Counted from the first letter of the stretch, positions 1 to 11,424 are shown. The stretch is DNA of 64,000 nucleotides from Gemmatimonadota bacterium (GCA_029863645.1 JAOTVA010000005.1:14460-78459); one strand, 5' to 3'. Numbers and translations are program-made. The notes: generated by a model from the sequence alone, not told the origin.

Positions 1-604
1 CGGGGATCGCGTCGCCCTGACCGAGCACGAAGTCGTAGTCGCGGCCCTCTTCCGAGTCGGCCTCGCCCAGCTTGGCCAGCTTCACCGACACCAGATCTCC
101 TTCCTCGGGGTGGCCCCCTTCGACCGGCTGCCAAGCGCCGGTCTGCTCCCTGATGCGCTCGAGGACCTGGTTGACCTGTTCATCGGTCACGTCGGCCGCC
201 GGTCGTTCCACCGCGAAGCCGCCGAGGCGGCCGAGCTCGAAGACGGGCTGCACATCGAAGGCAACGTGGAAGCTCAGGTCTTCTTCGGGAGCGTACTTGA
301 CGTCCTCGATCTGACCTTCGCTGATGGGTCGCAGCTGCTCGGTGGCCAGCGCCTGCCGGTATGCATCGCCGATGAGCTTGTCGAGCGCCTCCTGTCGCAA
401 GGCGCCCGCGAAGCGCGAGGAGATGACCTTCGCCGGAACACGGCCCTTCCTGAATCCCTTGAGCTTGGCCCGCGAGGCCAGGTTTCGGGCGGCCTTCCGT
501 TCCTCTTCTTGAACCACGGCGGCAGGAACCGTGACGCTCATGCGGCGGCGCCAGTGTTCCTGCTCCTGAACGGAGATCTGCAAGCGTGAAGCGTCTATAG
601 TCAT
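1..604 (-). CDS. tig: Trigger factor, N-terminal part (gene continues past window start)
   Basis: Absent from the ORF track because there is no stop inside the window. Manual minus-strand translation from ATG 604..602 gives MTIDASRLQISVQEQEHWRRRMSVTVPAAVVQEEERKAARNLASRAKLKGFRKGRVPAKVISSRF..., which is the trigger-factor ribosome-binding domain with the GFRxGxxP signature. The frame stays open to position 1. Confidence 0.85.
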   Translation of the reverse strand, partial: MTIDASRLQISVQEQEHWRRRMSVTVPAAVVQEEERKAARNLASRAKLKGFRKGRVPAKVISSRFAGALRQEALDKLIGDAYRQALATEQLRPISEGQIEDVKYAPEEDLSFHVAFDVQPVFELGRLGGFAVERPAADVTDEQVNQVLERIREQTGAWQPVEGGHPEEGDLVSVKLAKLGEADSEEGRDYDFVLGQGDAIP

Positions 605-636
605 CGAGCGTGGCGCGGGCTCTCGGGAATCGGGGA

Positions 637-719
637 TGCGAAAGGGGGGACTCGAACCCCCACGGCACGGGGCCACGGGATCCTAAATCCCGCGCGTCTA
701 CCAATTCCGCCACTTTCGC
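637..719 (-). tRNA. tRNA-Leu (anticodon TAG)
   Basis: The reverse complement folds as a class II tRNA. Acceptor stem is GCGAAAG/CTTTCGC. Anticodon stem is CGGGA/TCCCG with loop TTTAGGA. It has a long variable arm and T-arm GGGGG-TTCGAGT-CCCCC. The discriminator is A and no CCA is encoded. Confidence 0.9.
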
Positions 720-778
720 GCGTCCGGTGGAAGATAAACCCGCGGTCGAGAGCGGTTCAATCTTCTAGGATGTCCGGG

Positions 779-2362
779 CTAGGGCATCCTCACGTTCAGG
801 ACCCGGCCGGTTCCCGCGCGGTCTTCGAAATGCAGCGACACGATCCGACCGCTCTGGACCCTGTTCAGCGCCGCCCTCACGTCTTCGGGCGTCCGGATCG
901 CGTCGTCGTTGATGCGCACCAACCGGTGACCCTGATACCGGATGGCGTCCCTCCGCTCGGCGGCGCTTCCAGGCGCCACGTCGGTGAGGACCACCCCGCC
1001 CGGCTCGGCGAAGCCGAAGCTCTCAGCTCGTGCGGCGTCGATAGGCTCGACGCCAATCCCGAGTCGCTGTTCTGAGGTCGCGGCGGCGGAGGCTGCGACC
1101 GGCGGCGGGTTATTGATCGGCGCCTCGCCTAAGCGGACGTCCACGTCCACGGGCTGACGGTCGCGGTATACCGTGACGCTGACGACGTCACCCGGTCGCC
1201 GCTGGGCGATCCTCGCCTGAAGCTCGGCCGTGTACCCGACGGGCTGGCCGTCGATGGAGACGATCACGTCCTCGGCCCTGAGGAGACCCATCGAGGGTCC
1301 GTTCTGGACCTCCTGGACGAACACGCCGGAGATGGATGGCAGGCCGTACAGCTCCGCGTCCTCAGGGGACACGTTGTCGATCGCGACACCGATGCGGGGA
1401 CGCCTGACGTGGCCGTACTCGACCAGATCCTCCATGACGCGCCGCGCGAGGTTGATGGGAATCGCGAAGCCGTACCCTTGGTAGCCGCCGGTTTCGGAAG
1501 CGATGGCAGAGTTGATGCCGACCACCTGTCCATGGAGGTTGACCATGGGTCCACCGGAATTGCCCGGATTGATCACGGCGTCCGTCTGAATGAAGTCTTC
1601 GATGGACCAGGAAGCTTGGTCGCCACCATACCTGGGATCGTTGAAGATGTCGTTGCGGAGCAGGTTGAGCCCTCGCCCCCGAGCGCTGATGATGCCGGCG
1701 GTTACGGTAAAGTTCAGCTGCGTCCTCCCCCCGAACCCGGGGTTACCGATCGCGAGGATCCACTCCCCGACCTTCACGTTGTCCGAGTCACCGAAGGCCA
1801 TGCTCGGCAGCCGGTCGTCCGAGTCGATCTTGATTACCGCGACGTCTGTAAACGGATCAGTTCCCACGATTTCCGCGTTGAACTGGCGACGATCCTCGAA
1901 GTAGACCGTGACTTCCTGTGCGCCCGCCACCACGTGGTTGTTCGTCAGGATGTACCCGTCGTCAGATACGATGAAGCCCGTACCTCCTGCCACGCGAGGC
2001 GCTCTGGGCGTGTCGCCGCCAGGAGGCGTGGTGCCGTCCGGGTCGAAGGGCAGGTCGGGGAAGAACCGCCGCAGGATCTCAGGGTCCGGCTGCGCACTGG
2101 ACTGAGTCGCAGCGGTGCGGGGGCGCCGCGTCTCGATGCGGACCACGGCCGGCGTGACGGCCTCGGCCAGATTCGTGAAGGCCTCGCTGAGGTCGAGCGC
2201 TGGCTGCACGGCCTCGGCCGACACCTGGGGCGCAGTCGTGATCGTCGGCATCGCGTGAGACACGGAAGTCCATCCGAGTCCGCTCGCCACACCGATCCCG
2301 AACAGGAACGTGACGGCGGCGTAGATGACTACTTTCGCCTTGGCCCTAAGAGGGTCGTACAT
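779..2362 (-). CDS. htrA: HtrA/DegP-family periplasmic serine protease with PDZ domains
   Basis: ORF 779..2428. Catalytic triad motifs TNNHVV, DVAVIKI and GNSGGP are present, with an N-terminal TM/signal and two PDZ-like C-terminal segments. I chose the start at ATG 2362 (MYDPLRAK...) because a GGAGG lies 7 nt upstream. Confidence 0.9.
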   Translation of the reverse strand: MYDPLRAKAKVVIYAAVTFLFGIGVASGLGWTSVSHAMPTITTAPQVSAEAVQPALDLSEAFTNLAEAVTPAVVRIETRRPRTAATQSSAQPDPEILRRFFPDLPFDPDGTTPPGGDTPRAPRVAGGTGFIVSDDGYILTNNHVVAGAQEVTVYFEDRRQFNAEIVGTDPFTDVAVIKIDSDDRLPSMAFGDSDNVKVGEWILAIGNPGFGGRTQLNFTVTAGIISARGRGLNLLRNDIFNDPRYGGDQASWSIEDFIQTDAVINPGNSGGPMVNLHGQVVGINSAIASETGGYQGYGFAIPINLARRVMEDLVEYGHVRRPRIGVAIDNVSPEDAELYGLPSISGVFVQEVQNGPSMGLLRAEDVIVSIDGQPVGYTAELQARIAQRRPGDVVSVTVYRDRQPVDVDVRLGEAPINNPPPVAASAAATSEQRLGIGVEPIDAARAESFGFAEPGGVVLTDVAPGSAAERRDAIRYQGHRLVRINDDAIRTPEDVRAALNRVQSGRIVSLHFEDRAGTGRVLNVRMP

Positions 2363-2525
2363 CGTATCTGCCTCCAACTGGCTGCATCGGATTTCGTTTT
2401 TGGGGCCGGTAGGTCGACCGGAGGCCAACTCACCAGCAACTGCTCGGATGCCGTGCTCGGGCGGCGGGGTTGCTCCACTGCCGACCTTGGTACCCTAGGA
2501 CGTCCCAGCCGGGTCCAGGCGAGGC

Positions 2526-2557
2526 AGAGGGCCGGCGGGGACACCCACCGGCCCTCT
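2526..2557 (-). terminator. Stem-loop just downstream of the dnaK stop (possible terminator)
   Basis: Perfect 10-bp inverted repeat AGAGGGCCGG / CCGGCCCTCT with a 12-nt loop, 17 nt after the dnaK stop codon. No clear U-tract follows. Confidence 0.4.
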
Positions 2558-2573
2558 AGGAGCCGACCCTACC

Positions 2574-4508
<1,935 letters not shown>

Positions 4509-4549
4509 GCTCTCTCTGCCCCATTCCGTTCAGGTGATGTGCGATGTGC

Positions 4550-4565
4550 TGGCACACGACGTGCA
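4550..4565 (+). promoter_or_regulatory. Candidate sigma54 (-24/-12) promoter facing nupC
   Basis: TGGCAC-ACGAC-GTGCA compared with consensus TGGCAC-N5-TTGCA. The GG and GC dinucleotides have correct spacing and there is one mismatch. It lies in the dnaK/nupC divergent intergenic region about 200 nt upstream of the nupC ATG. Confidence 0.35.
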
Positions 4566-4766
4566 ATCGATGTGCCGCGATCGGGCCCCGGAATCCCGCC
4601 GGATTGACGGGATCGAGCACGCGGACCTGCCATTGTGGCAGGCCTGGCGCGGCCTGAATGCTCGATCGTCGTGTCCCGCCCCAGTACGGGCGGCTGGTGG
4701 TGAGCCCCACGCGAGCAGATATTCGGCCACCCGTTCGCAGCCTCCACCCCGACCTCTCGTGACCAC

Positions 4767-6263
4767 ATGACGCTACCCGGCCCGAGGGTGCTCATCCTGT
4801 GGGCCGCCGCCGTGGCCTTGGTGGGAGCGGGCGCGTGGTCCTCGCTGCGTGCCGATACGGCTCTGCAGGTGGTCACTCCCGAGGTCTCGCAGGCGGTGGC
4901 TCCCGCCGTTCAGGCCCCTCCCCAACTCGCGGTCCCCCGCGGCTCACTGGGAACGCCGCTGCTTCCACGTTTGCGCTCGCTCCTGGGCCTCTTCGCGCTG
5001 ACCTTGCTCGCGTGGGCCATGAGTGTGCACCGCGAGCGTATCGACTGGCGGGTCGTGGTGTGGGGGCTCTCCCTTCAGCTGATCTTCGCGATTCTGATTC
5101 TCCGCACGCCTGTCGGCGAGGGCGTGTTCTTCGCCATGAACGGAGTCGTGGTCGCGCTCCTCGGGTTCACCCTCGATGGCGCCAGGTTCATCTTCGGGAA
5201 CCTCGTACTGGATACGGTCCCCGTGGGCACCGGCACCGTGGGGCAGGGCGACTTCACTGCGATTCCCGGCCAAGTCGCGAGCACCGGCGCGTTCTTCGCC
5301 TTCAATGTGCTTCCGACGATCATCTTCTTCTCGTCACTCATGACGGTCCTCTACTACCTGGGCATCATGCAGCTGCTCGTGAAGGGCTTCGCCTGGATCA
5401 TGCAACGCACGATGAAGACGTCGGGAGCGGAGACCCTCTCTGCCGCGGGGAACATCTTCGTGGGCATGACGGAAGCGCCGTTGCTCATCAAGCCCTTCGT
5501 CGAGCGGATGACCATGTCGGAGCTCATGGCGGTCATGACTGGGGGGTTCGCCACCGTCGCCGGGGGCGTGCTCGCGGCCTACGTGCTCATGCTCGTGGCA
5601 TTCTTTCCAGATGTCGCCGGTCACCTGATGGCGGCGTCGGTCATGTCTGCACCGGCGGCCCTGGTCGTGGCCAAGCTGATGCACCCCGAGACGGAGACCG
5701 CTGTTACCGCTGGCACGCTGGAGATCGAGGTCGAGAAGCGGGACGCGAACGTGGTCGATGCGGCCGCACGAGGCGCCTCGGAGGGGTTGATGCTGGCCCT
5801 GAACGTCGGAGCCATGCTGCTGGCATTCGTGGCGCTCATCGCCATGTGCAACGGACTGCTGGCGTGGCTCGGAGGGCTCGCAGGCTGGGACGGATTGAGC
5901 CTTGAGCTGATTCTCGGCTGGGCGCTCGCTCCGCTGGCCTGGCTCATGGGCGTGCCCTGGGTCGACGCGCCCGAGGTCGGCGCGCTCCTGGGCGTGAAGA
6001 CCGTCCTGAACGAGTTCTTCGCCTACTTGCAGCTGACGGCATCCCTCGGTGGCGATCAGCTGCTACAGCCGCGCTCGATCTTGATCGCGACGTATGCTTT
6101 GTCCGGATTCGCGAACTTCGGCTCCATCGCCATCCAACTGGGGGGCATCGGTGGCATCGCACCGTCTCGCAGACAGGATCTTTCCCGCCTGGGTCTCAGG
6201 GCGATGATCGGCGGATCCATCGCGGCGTTCATGACCGCCTCAGTGGCTGGGATGCTCTTGTGA
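4767..6263 (+). CDS. nupC: Concentrative nucleoside transporter (NupC/CNT family)
   Basis: 498-aa polytopic membrane ORF. The SGAETLSAAGNIFVGMTEAPLLIKPF segment is typical of the NupC family. The N-terminal ~60 aa extension makes the start uncertain. Confidence 0.85.
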   Translation: MTLPGPRVLILWAAAVALVGAGAWSSLRADTALQVVTPEVSQAVAPAVQAPPQLAVPRGSLGTPLLPRLRSLLGLFALTLLAWAMSVHRERIDWRVVVWGLSLQLIFAILILRTPVGEGVFFAMNGVVVALLGFTLDGARFIFGNLVLDTVPVGTGTVGQGDFTAIPGQVASTGAFFAFNVLPTIIFFSSLMTVLYYLGIMQLLVKGFAWIMQRTMKTSGAETLSAAGNIFVGMTEAPLLIKPFVERMTMSELMAVMTGGFATVAGGVLAAYVLMLVAFFPDVAGHLMAASVMSAPAALVVAKLMHPETETAVTAGTLEIEVEKRDANVVDAAARGASEGLMLALNVGAMLLAFVALIAMCNGLLAWLGGLAGWDGLSLELILGWALAPLAWLMGVPWVDAPEVGALLGVKTVLNEFFAYLQLTASLGGDQLLQPRSILIATYALSGFANFGSIAIQLGGIGGIAPSRRQDLSRLGLRAMIGGSIAAFMTASVAGMLL

Positions 6264-6273
6264 GGCTCGGCTG

Positions 6274-7110
6274 GTGACCGCCTCGTTCGACGTGTCGGCG
6301 GCTAGCGAGTATCTGCGCTCGAGGATCGAGTCCGTGCCCGCCGTCTGCATTGTGCTCGGCTCGGGGCTCAGCGCCATCGAGGGTGAGCTCACAGAGGCTG
6401 CGGTGATTCCGTTCGAGGATGTCCCGGGCTTTCCCGCGCCGACTGTGGAAGGTCATGCGGGGCGGTACGTCGTGGGCCGCATCGGCGGCGCGCAGGTGCT
6501 CCTTCAGAGCGGCCGCTTCCACCACTACGAGGGCCATTCACCCGAGGTGGTCGCCGCGCCGGTGCGCATCGCCGCGGCGCTAGGGGTACGTGGCCTCGTC
6601 CTCACGAATGCATCCGGTGCGATCCGCCCCACGCTTGAGCCCGGTGACCTGCTGGTTCTCTCGGACCACATCAACTTGATGTTCCGAAGCCCCCTGGTGG
6701 GACCGGTGCGGCCGGGCGAGACGCGCTTCCCGGACATGTCAGCGGCCTACGATCCTCGACTTCGCCATCTCGCACTCGAGGTGGCCGTCGAGACCGGGGA
6801 GGATCTCCACGAAGGCACGTATGTAGCCATGCTCGGGCCTTCCTATGAGACGCCCGCCGAGGTGCGGATGCTCGGGGGGCTCGGTGCCGACGTCGTGGGG
6901 ATGTCGACGGTACCCGAAGTCCTCGTGGCGCGCGCGCTCGGACTACGGTGTGTCGCGTTCAGCGTGGTCACGAACCACGCGGCGGGCCTTGGTTCCGGCG
7001 GGTTGAGTCACCGTGATGTCTTGGACGTAGGTGCCTCGGCGGGAGCGCGGTTGGCTGCTCTGCTGACCGTTCTGATACCGCGCGTCGCGGACGAGCTCAG
7101 TCGGGGCTGA
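6274..7110 (+). CDS. punA: Purine nucleoside phosphorylase (trimeric PNP/PunA type)
   Basis: 278-aa ORF with GRFHHYEGH and GMSTVPEV motifs. It lies 10 nt after nupC, so operon context fits nucleoside salvage. Confidence 0.9.
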   Translation: MTASFDVSAASEYLRSRIESVPAVCIVLGSGLSAIEGELTEAAVIPFEDVPGFPAPTVEGHAGRYVVGRIGGAQVLLQSGRFHHYEGHSPEVVAAPVRIAAALGVRGLVLTNASGAIRPTLEPGDLLVLSDHINLMFRSPLVGPVRPGETRFPDMSAAYDPRLRHLALEVAVETGEDLHEGTYVAMLGPSYETPAEVRMLGGLGADVVGMSTVPEVLVARALGLRCVAFSVVTNHAAGLGSGGLSHRDVLDVGASAGARLAALLTVLIPRVADELSRG

Positions 7111-7894
7111 CGAAGTGACTCACCGGACCCCGACCCGACCCCAGCCCCGGCGCGGCTGCGATGCCCCGACCGATGAACCGGATGCCCCGTTCCACCGCAT
7201 TGGGCAGCGGTTCGCCGAGCGCGAGAGCGGCGGCGATCGCCGCGGACAATGTGCAACCCGTGCCGTGCGTGTGGCGGGTATCGATGCGGGGGCGCGCCCA
7301 GGTGTGCTCCTCGCCACCGACCAAAAGGATGTCCACCACGTCGCCCTCGAGATGACCCCCCTTCATGAGCACCGCTCGGGCACCAAGGTCGAGGATGCGA
7401 CTGCCCGCTTCCCGCATGTCCTGAGTCGTCTCGACCGAAATGTCGGCCAGGATCGACGCTTCGTGGAGGTTGGGCGTCACCAGGGACGCGAGCGGCAGCA
7501 GCTCTCCGACGATTGCCGCCACGGCGTCCTCCTCGAGGAGCGGATCGCCGCTGGTCGCGACCATGACGGGGTCCATCACGTACCGTTCGAGGCCGTGCTC
7601 ACGAATCGCGTCAGCCACGGTCGACACGAGCTCCGCGGTCGCGAGCATCCCGGACTTGAAAGCAAGCGGGCGCAGGTCCGACACCACCGCGTCGAGCTGG
7701 GCGCGCACGGTCTCCAACGGGATCGCGTGAATGTCTGTGACCCCTCGCGTGTTCTGGGCTGTTACCGCGGTAACCACGCTCGTCCCGTAGACACCAAAGG
7801 CGTGAAACGTCTTGAGGTCTGCCTGGATTCCGGCCCCACCGCCGGAGTCACTGCCGGCGATGGTGAGTGCGATGGGGTGGCTTGGTGCGTTCAT
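7097..7894 (-). CDS. thiD: Hydroxymethylpyrimidine/phosphomethylpyrimidine kinase
   Basis: ORF 7097..7954. [21 protein letters not shown] is the ThiD N-terminal signature. I chose the start at ATG 7894 ([11 protein letters not shown]...). Confidence 0.9.
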   Translation of the reverse strand: MNAPSHPIALTIAGSDSGGGAGIQADLKTFHAFGVYGTSVVTAVTAQNTRGVTDIHAIPLETVRAQLDAVVSDLRPLAFKSGMLATAELVSTVADAIREHGLERYVMDPVMVATSGDPLLEEDAVAAIVGELLPLASLVTPNLHEASILADISVETTQDMREAGSRILDLGARAVLMKGGHLEGDVVDILLVGGEEHTWARPRIDTRHTHGTGCTLSAAIAAALALGEPLPNAVERGIRFIGRGIAAAPGLGSGRGPVSHFVSPD

Positions 7895-7917
7895 GGGTTG
7901 AAAAGGTGGCGCGAGGC

Positions 7918-8682
7918 ATGAGCCTGAGCCAGCGACGCGAGCGGTTGATCGCACGGCTCAGGGTGCCCAAGACGCGCGGTCGTGAGGGCGCGGTGCTTGT
8001 CGAGGGAGTACGTGCGGTATCGGAGGCTCTCGACGCCGGGGTGGCGCCGACCTTCGCGGTGGTTTCTCCCCGCCTGGAGGAGTCCGCAGCCGGGTCGGCC
8101 TTGGCTGGCCGTCTCGGCGGCCTCGAATTGGTGCGCCTGGAACAAGCTCAGCTCGACCTGCTCTCAGACACGGAGACGGGCCAGGGCGTCATGCTCGTCT
8201 GCGGCGAGCCATCGACTCGGCTCGACTCCATAGCTTCGGGGGGACGCTACCTGGTGCTTGACGGGGTGCAGGACCCGGGGAATACGGGGACGCTCATCCG
8301 TGCAGCGGTCGCGTTCGGACTCGACGCCGTCCTGTGTCTGGACGGCACGGCGGACCCTTGGGGACCCAAGCCGGTACGCGCCTCTGCCGGGATGATCTTT
8401 CGCGTACCCGTCGTGCGGGCGCCGGCCCCCGCGGCGGTGAAATGGCTCGAGGCCTCTGGCGTGCCGCTCTATGTGGCGGACGCCAAAGGAAGGGACGTCC
8501 AGGAGCAACCGAGGATGGAGTCGTTTGCCATTGCAGTCGGGAACGAAGGGCGGGGCGTGCGCGCCCTCCTCGCGGAATCGGCACAAGGGATGCTGGCCGT
8601 GCGCATGCGCGGCGGCGCAGAGTCGCTCAACGTCGCGATGGCCGGGTCGATCATCATGCACGCGCTGACCCGGGAGCCCTAA
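7918..8682 (+). CDS. TrmH/SpoU-family RNA 2'-O-methyltransferase
   Basis: ORF 7867..8682. SpoU methylase motifs GNEGRGV and ESLNVAMAGSI are present. I chose the start at ATG 7918 to avoid overlap with divergent thiD. Confidence 0.8.
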   Translation: MSLSQRRERLIARLRVPKTRGREGAVLVEGVRAVSEALDAGVAPTFAVVSPRLEESAAGSALAGRLGGLELVRLEQAQLDLLSDTETGQGVMLVCGEPSTRLDSIASGGRYLVLDGVQDPGNTGTLIRAAVAFGLDAVLCLDGTADPWGPKPVRASAGMIFRVPVVRAPAPAAVKWLEASGVPLYVADAKGRDVQEQPRMESFAIAVGNEGRGVRALLAESAQGMLAVRMRGGAESLNVAMAGSIIMHALTREP

Positions 8683-8683
8683 C

Positions 8684-9490
8684 GTGGACGAACGGCTCTT
8701 CTTATCGATCATCGCCGGCCTGTTCGGGATGAATCTCGGCTCGTTCTTGAACGTCTGCTCGCTTCGTTGGCCTGTCGACGAATCGGTGATCTCGCCTCGA
8801 TCCCGGTGCCCGAGCTGTCACGAGCCGGTGAGCTGGTACGACAACGTCCCCGTCTTCTCGTGGCTATGGCTGCGTGGAAGGTGCCGTCACTGCGAAGAGC
8901 GTGTCTCCGTGCAGTATCCGCTCGTGGAGCTCGCGACCGGTCTGGTGTGGGCAGGCGTCGTGGCCGCGTACGGACCGACGTGGGAGGCGCTTCGCGGGGG
9001 AATGTTCCTCACGATCCTCTTCGGGATCTCCATCTCGGATGCGCGCTTTTACATCATCCCGGACGAATTCTCCATCGGAGGCACCGTCCTTGGGATAGGC
9101 TTGGCCTTCTTGCCCGGTGGACTCGGATGGATGGATGCCGTGATCGGCGCAGCGGTCGGGTACGGGGTGTTTTGGCTCGTGGGCGTCGCCGGGACGACGT
9201 TGATCAAGCGGCTCTCCCCTGGGCGGCTGGAGGAGGCGGGCGTCGATCAGGCCATGGGCGGTGGCGACGTGAAGATGATGATGATGATCGGCGCGTTCTT
9301 GGGAATTTGGGGCGTCGCGCTGACGACGTTTCTCGGGTCGGTCCTCGCCCTGGTCGTCTTCGGGCCGATCTCGGCCCTGTCGAAGCGCCTCGTACCCCTG
9401 GGCGTGTTCTTGGCCGCGGGCGGGGGGGTCGCTTATGCGTGGGGCGAGCAGATGATCGCGTGGTATCTGCGCTTCGCGGGGATGGCGTGA
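8684..9490 (+). CDS. pilD: Prepilin (type IV leader) peptidase, A24 family
   Basis: 268-aa ORF. The N-terminal CPSC...CRHC zinc-binding domain (DiS_P_DiS type) is followed by polytopic membrane segments and GGGDVKMM, the A24 aspartyl protease motif. Confidence 0.85.
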   Translation: MDERLFLSIIAGLFGMNLGSFLNVCSLRWPVDESVISPRSRCPSCHEPVSWYDNVPVFSWLWLRGRCRHCEERVSVQYPLVELATGLVWAGVVAAYGPTWEALRGGMFLTILFGISISDARFYIIPDEFSIGGTVLGIGLAFLPGGLGWMDAVIGAAVGYGVFWLVGVAGTTLIKRLSPGRLEEAGVDQAMGGGDVKMMMMIGAFLGIWGVALTTFLGSVLALVVFGPISALSKRLVPLGVFLAAGGGVAYAWGEQMIAWYLRFAGMA

Positions 9491-9509
9491 TAACACCAGG
9501 CGGTACCGC

Positions 9510-9626
9510 CTAGGGGTCGGAGCAGTCCCGGGTATATCCGCACTTGGTGCAGATGAGCTTGCAGTGGGTCTCGCGCATCGGCGCACCACACAAGTCGCAT
9601 AGCGGTGGCTTCGGGGGCGCCTTCAC
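9510..9626 (-). CDS. Unannotated 38-aa cysteine-rich zinc-ribbon-like small protein
   Basis: Too short for the ORF track. The GTG start overlaps the TGA stop of the upstream gamma-CA gene (GTGA). Translation is VKAPPKPPLCDLCGAPMRETHCKLICTKCGYTRDCSDP, with CxxC...CxxxCxxC...C. About 31 of 38 third codon positions are G or C, matching the coding bias of the genome. Confidence 0.45.
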   Translation of the reverse strand: MKAPPKPPLCDLCGAPMRETHCKLICTKCGYTRDCSDP

Positions 9627-10162
9627 TCCTCGCGGCGCCCGATCCCTTCAGCCATGTACTTCCGCGACAGCTCTGCGTAGTGGTCCCCGCCATCCTTGAT
9701 CCACTCTGCCGCACCGCCTGTGAGCGTCTTCTTGACCTTGCCAGGCACACCGGCGACGACGCTGCGCGCGGGAATGTCGGCTCCTTCTAGCAACACCGTA
9801 CCGGCCGCGATGACGCACTCTTCGCCGATGCGCGCGTTCTGCAGGATGACGGCGTTCATGCCGATGACGGAGCGATCGCCGATCGTGCAACACTCGAACT
9901 TGGCGCCGTGCCCGACGGTGACGTCGTCACCCACCACGGTCGGACCCCACCGGCCCACGTGGACGACGCAGTTCTCCTGGATGCTCGTACGGCGACCGAT
10001 GACGATGCCGTGGTCCGGGTAGTCACCGCGAATGACCGCGCCGAACCAGACGCTCGACTCCGCTCCGATTTCTACGTCCCCGATGATCACGGCCGTCGGC
10101 GCGATGAACGCAGACGGGTCTATGGTGGGCGTCTTTCCGGCGAAGGGAATGATCAGCCCCAT
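9623..10162 (-). CDS. Gamma-class carbonic anhydrase / hexapeptide-repeat (LbH) protein, YrdA-PaaY like
   Basis: 179-aa ORF with left-handed beta-helix hexapeptide repeats and the typical N-terminus (TPTIDPSAFIAPTAVIIGDVEIG...SVWFGAVIRGD). Confidence 0.8.
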   Translation of the reverse strand: MGLIIPFAGKTPTIDPSAFIAPTAVIIGDVEIGAESSVWFGAVIRGDYPDHGIVIGRRTSIQENCVVHVGRWGPTVVGDDVTVGHGAKFECCTIGDRSVIGMNAVILQNARIGEECVIAAGTVLLEGADIPARSVVAGVPGKVKKTLTGGAAEWIKDGGDHYAELSRKYMAEGIGRREE

Positions 10163-11424
10163 CAGTCCGTCGCCTCCTCGACGTCAGCCAGTTTGGTCAG
10201 GCGTGCCTTGAGTACCTGAGTGTCGGTCGCCTCGAGGATCTCAATCTGGACTCCGGCCCGCTCGAAGCTCGCACCCTGCTTGGGGACGTGGCCGAGCTCC
10301 TCCAGGATGAAGCCGTTCAAAGAGCGATGCTCGGCCTTGGGAAGCGAGACCTCGAGCGCCTCGTTCAGATCTCGTAGGTCTGTCCCGGCGCCGGCCTCGA
10401 GGGCCACGGGCGAGACGTGGACGATACCCTCACTCTCCACGTCGGTCTCGTCGTGGATCTCGCCGACGAGCTCTTCGAGGATGTCCTCCAGGGTCACCAA
10501 CCCGTCGGTTCCGCCGAACTCGTCTGCGACGATGCCCATGTGAATTCTTCGGGCCTGGAAATCGTGCAGGAGCTGCGTGAGTGACAACGATCCCGGCACG
10601 AAGAAAGGCTCGCGCGCGAGATCTCGCAGCATGGCCGTCCGGTTACCTCCAGCGACCCGCTCGTAGACTTCGCGGATGTAGACGATGCCCGTGACGTCGT
10701 CCACCGAGTCGCTATAGACCGGCACGCGGCTGTAGGGAACTTCGGGGAGTCCCCCCACGATGGCGTCGAGGGTTAGATCATCCTTCCAAGCGAAGATGTC
10801 GACCCGCGGCACCATGACGTCCCAAGCCGTGAGCTCGTCGAGGTGAAAGGCACGCTCCACGAGGAGGTTCTCGGCTTCCTCTAGGATCCCTTCCTCCTCC
10901 CCGATCTCCTGGATCTCCAGAAGTTCCCGGCGCTCGGTGGACAGCGTCTCATCGCTGCCCCCGACCATGCGTTCCTCGAGGTGAGCAGCCGGGGCGGTGA
11001 GGAGCCGTGTCCATCGCGTCACGCCCAGTAGGGTGGAGGCCGAAGCCAGCGCGATCCGGACGGGGCTTCGGGCAGCGACCGCATGGGGAATGATGTCGCC
11101 GATGACCAAGACGGCTGCAATCGTGCCGACGACGACCGCAACGACCGGACCCGGGGCGTCCCAGGTCACCGAGGCGATGATGGCGGTGATGCCCAGAGCT
11201 GCCAAGTTGAACGACTGAGTCACGAGTCGGACACTGGCCCGAACCCTAGCTTCCCGCTCGCGGACTTCCGACAGCGCGGCCGCACCGGTGAAGCCCTCCT
11301 CAAGGAGCGTGCGCACCCTCGACGCTCCCATCTGTGACGTCGCCGCCTGCGCGGCAGTCAACATGGCCGCACACACGACGAGGACCACCCCCGCGACTCC
11401 GGCAGCCCACATCATGGGGTGCAC
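10162..11424 (-). CDS. DUF21-CBS-CorC_HlyC membrane protein (CorC/TlyC family, putative divalent cation efflux)
   Basis: 420-aa ORF with N-terminal TM segments, a CBS pair region and a C-terminal CorC/HlyC transporter-associated domain. Its stop overlaps the start of the downstream CA gene by 1 nt. Confidence 0.85.
   Translation of the reverse strand: MHPMMWAAGVAGVVLVVCAAMLTAAQAATSQMGASRVRTLLEEGFTGAAALSEVREREARVRASVRLVTQSFNLAALGITAIIASVTWDAPGPVVAVVVGTIAAVLVIGDIIPHAVAARSPVRIALASASTLLGVTRWTRLLTAPAAHLEERMVGGSDETLSTERRELLEIQEIGEEEGILEEAENLLVERAFHLDELTAWDVMVPRVDIFAWKDDLTLDAIVGGLPEVPYSRVPVYSDSVDDVTGIVYIREVYERVAGGNRTAMLRDLAREPFFVPGSLSLTQLLHDFQARRIHMGIVADEFGGTDGLVTLEDILEELVGEIHDETDVESEGIVHVSPVALEAGAGTDLRDLNEALEVSLPKAEHRSLNGFILEELGHVPKQGASFERAGVQIEILEATDTQVLKARLTKLADVEEATD

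Noticed and set aside
4509-4766. Search for a CIRCE (HrcA) operator or sigma32-type promoter for dnaK
   Set aside because: No TTAGCACTC-N9-GAGTGCTAA-like inverted repeat and no CTTGAA/CCCCAT pair was seen on the minus strand. Only the GATGTGC repeats and the sigma54-like element were found, and these are reported separately.
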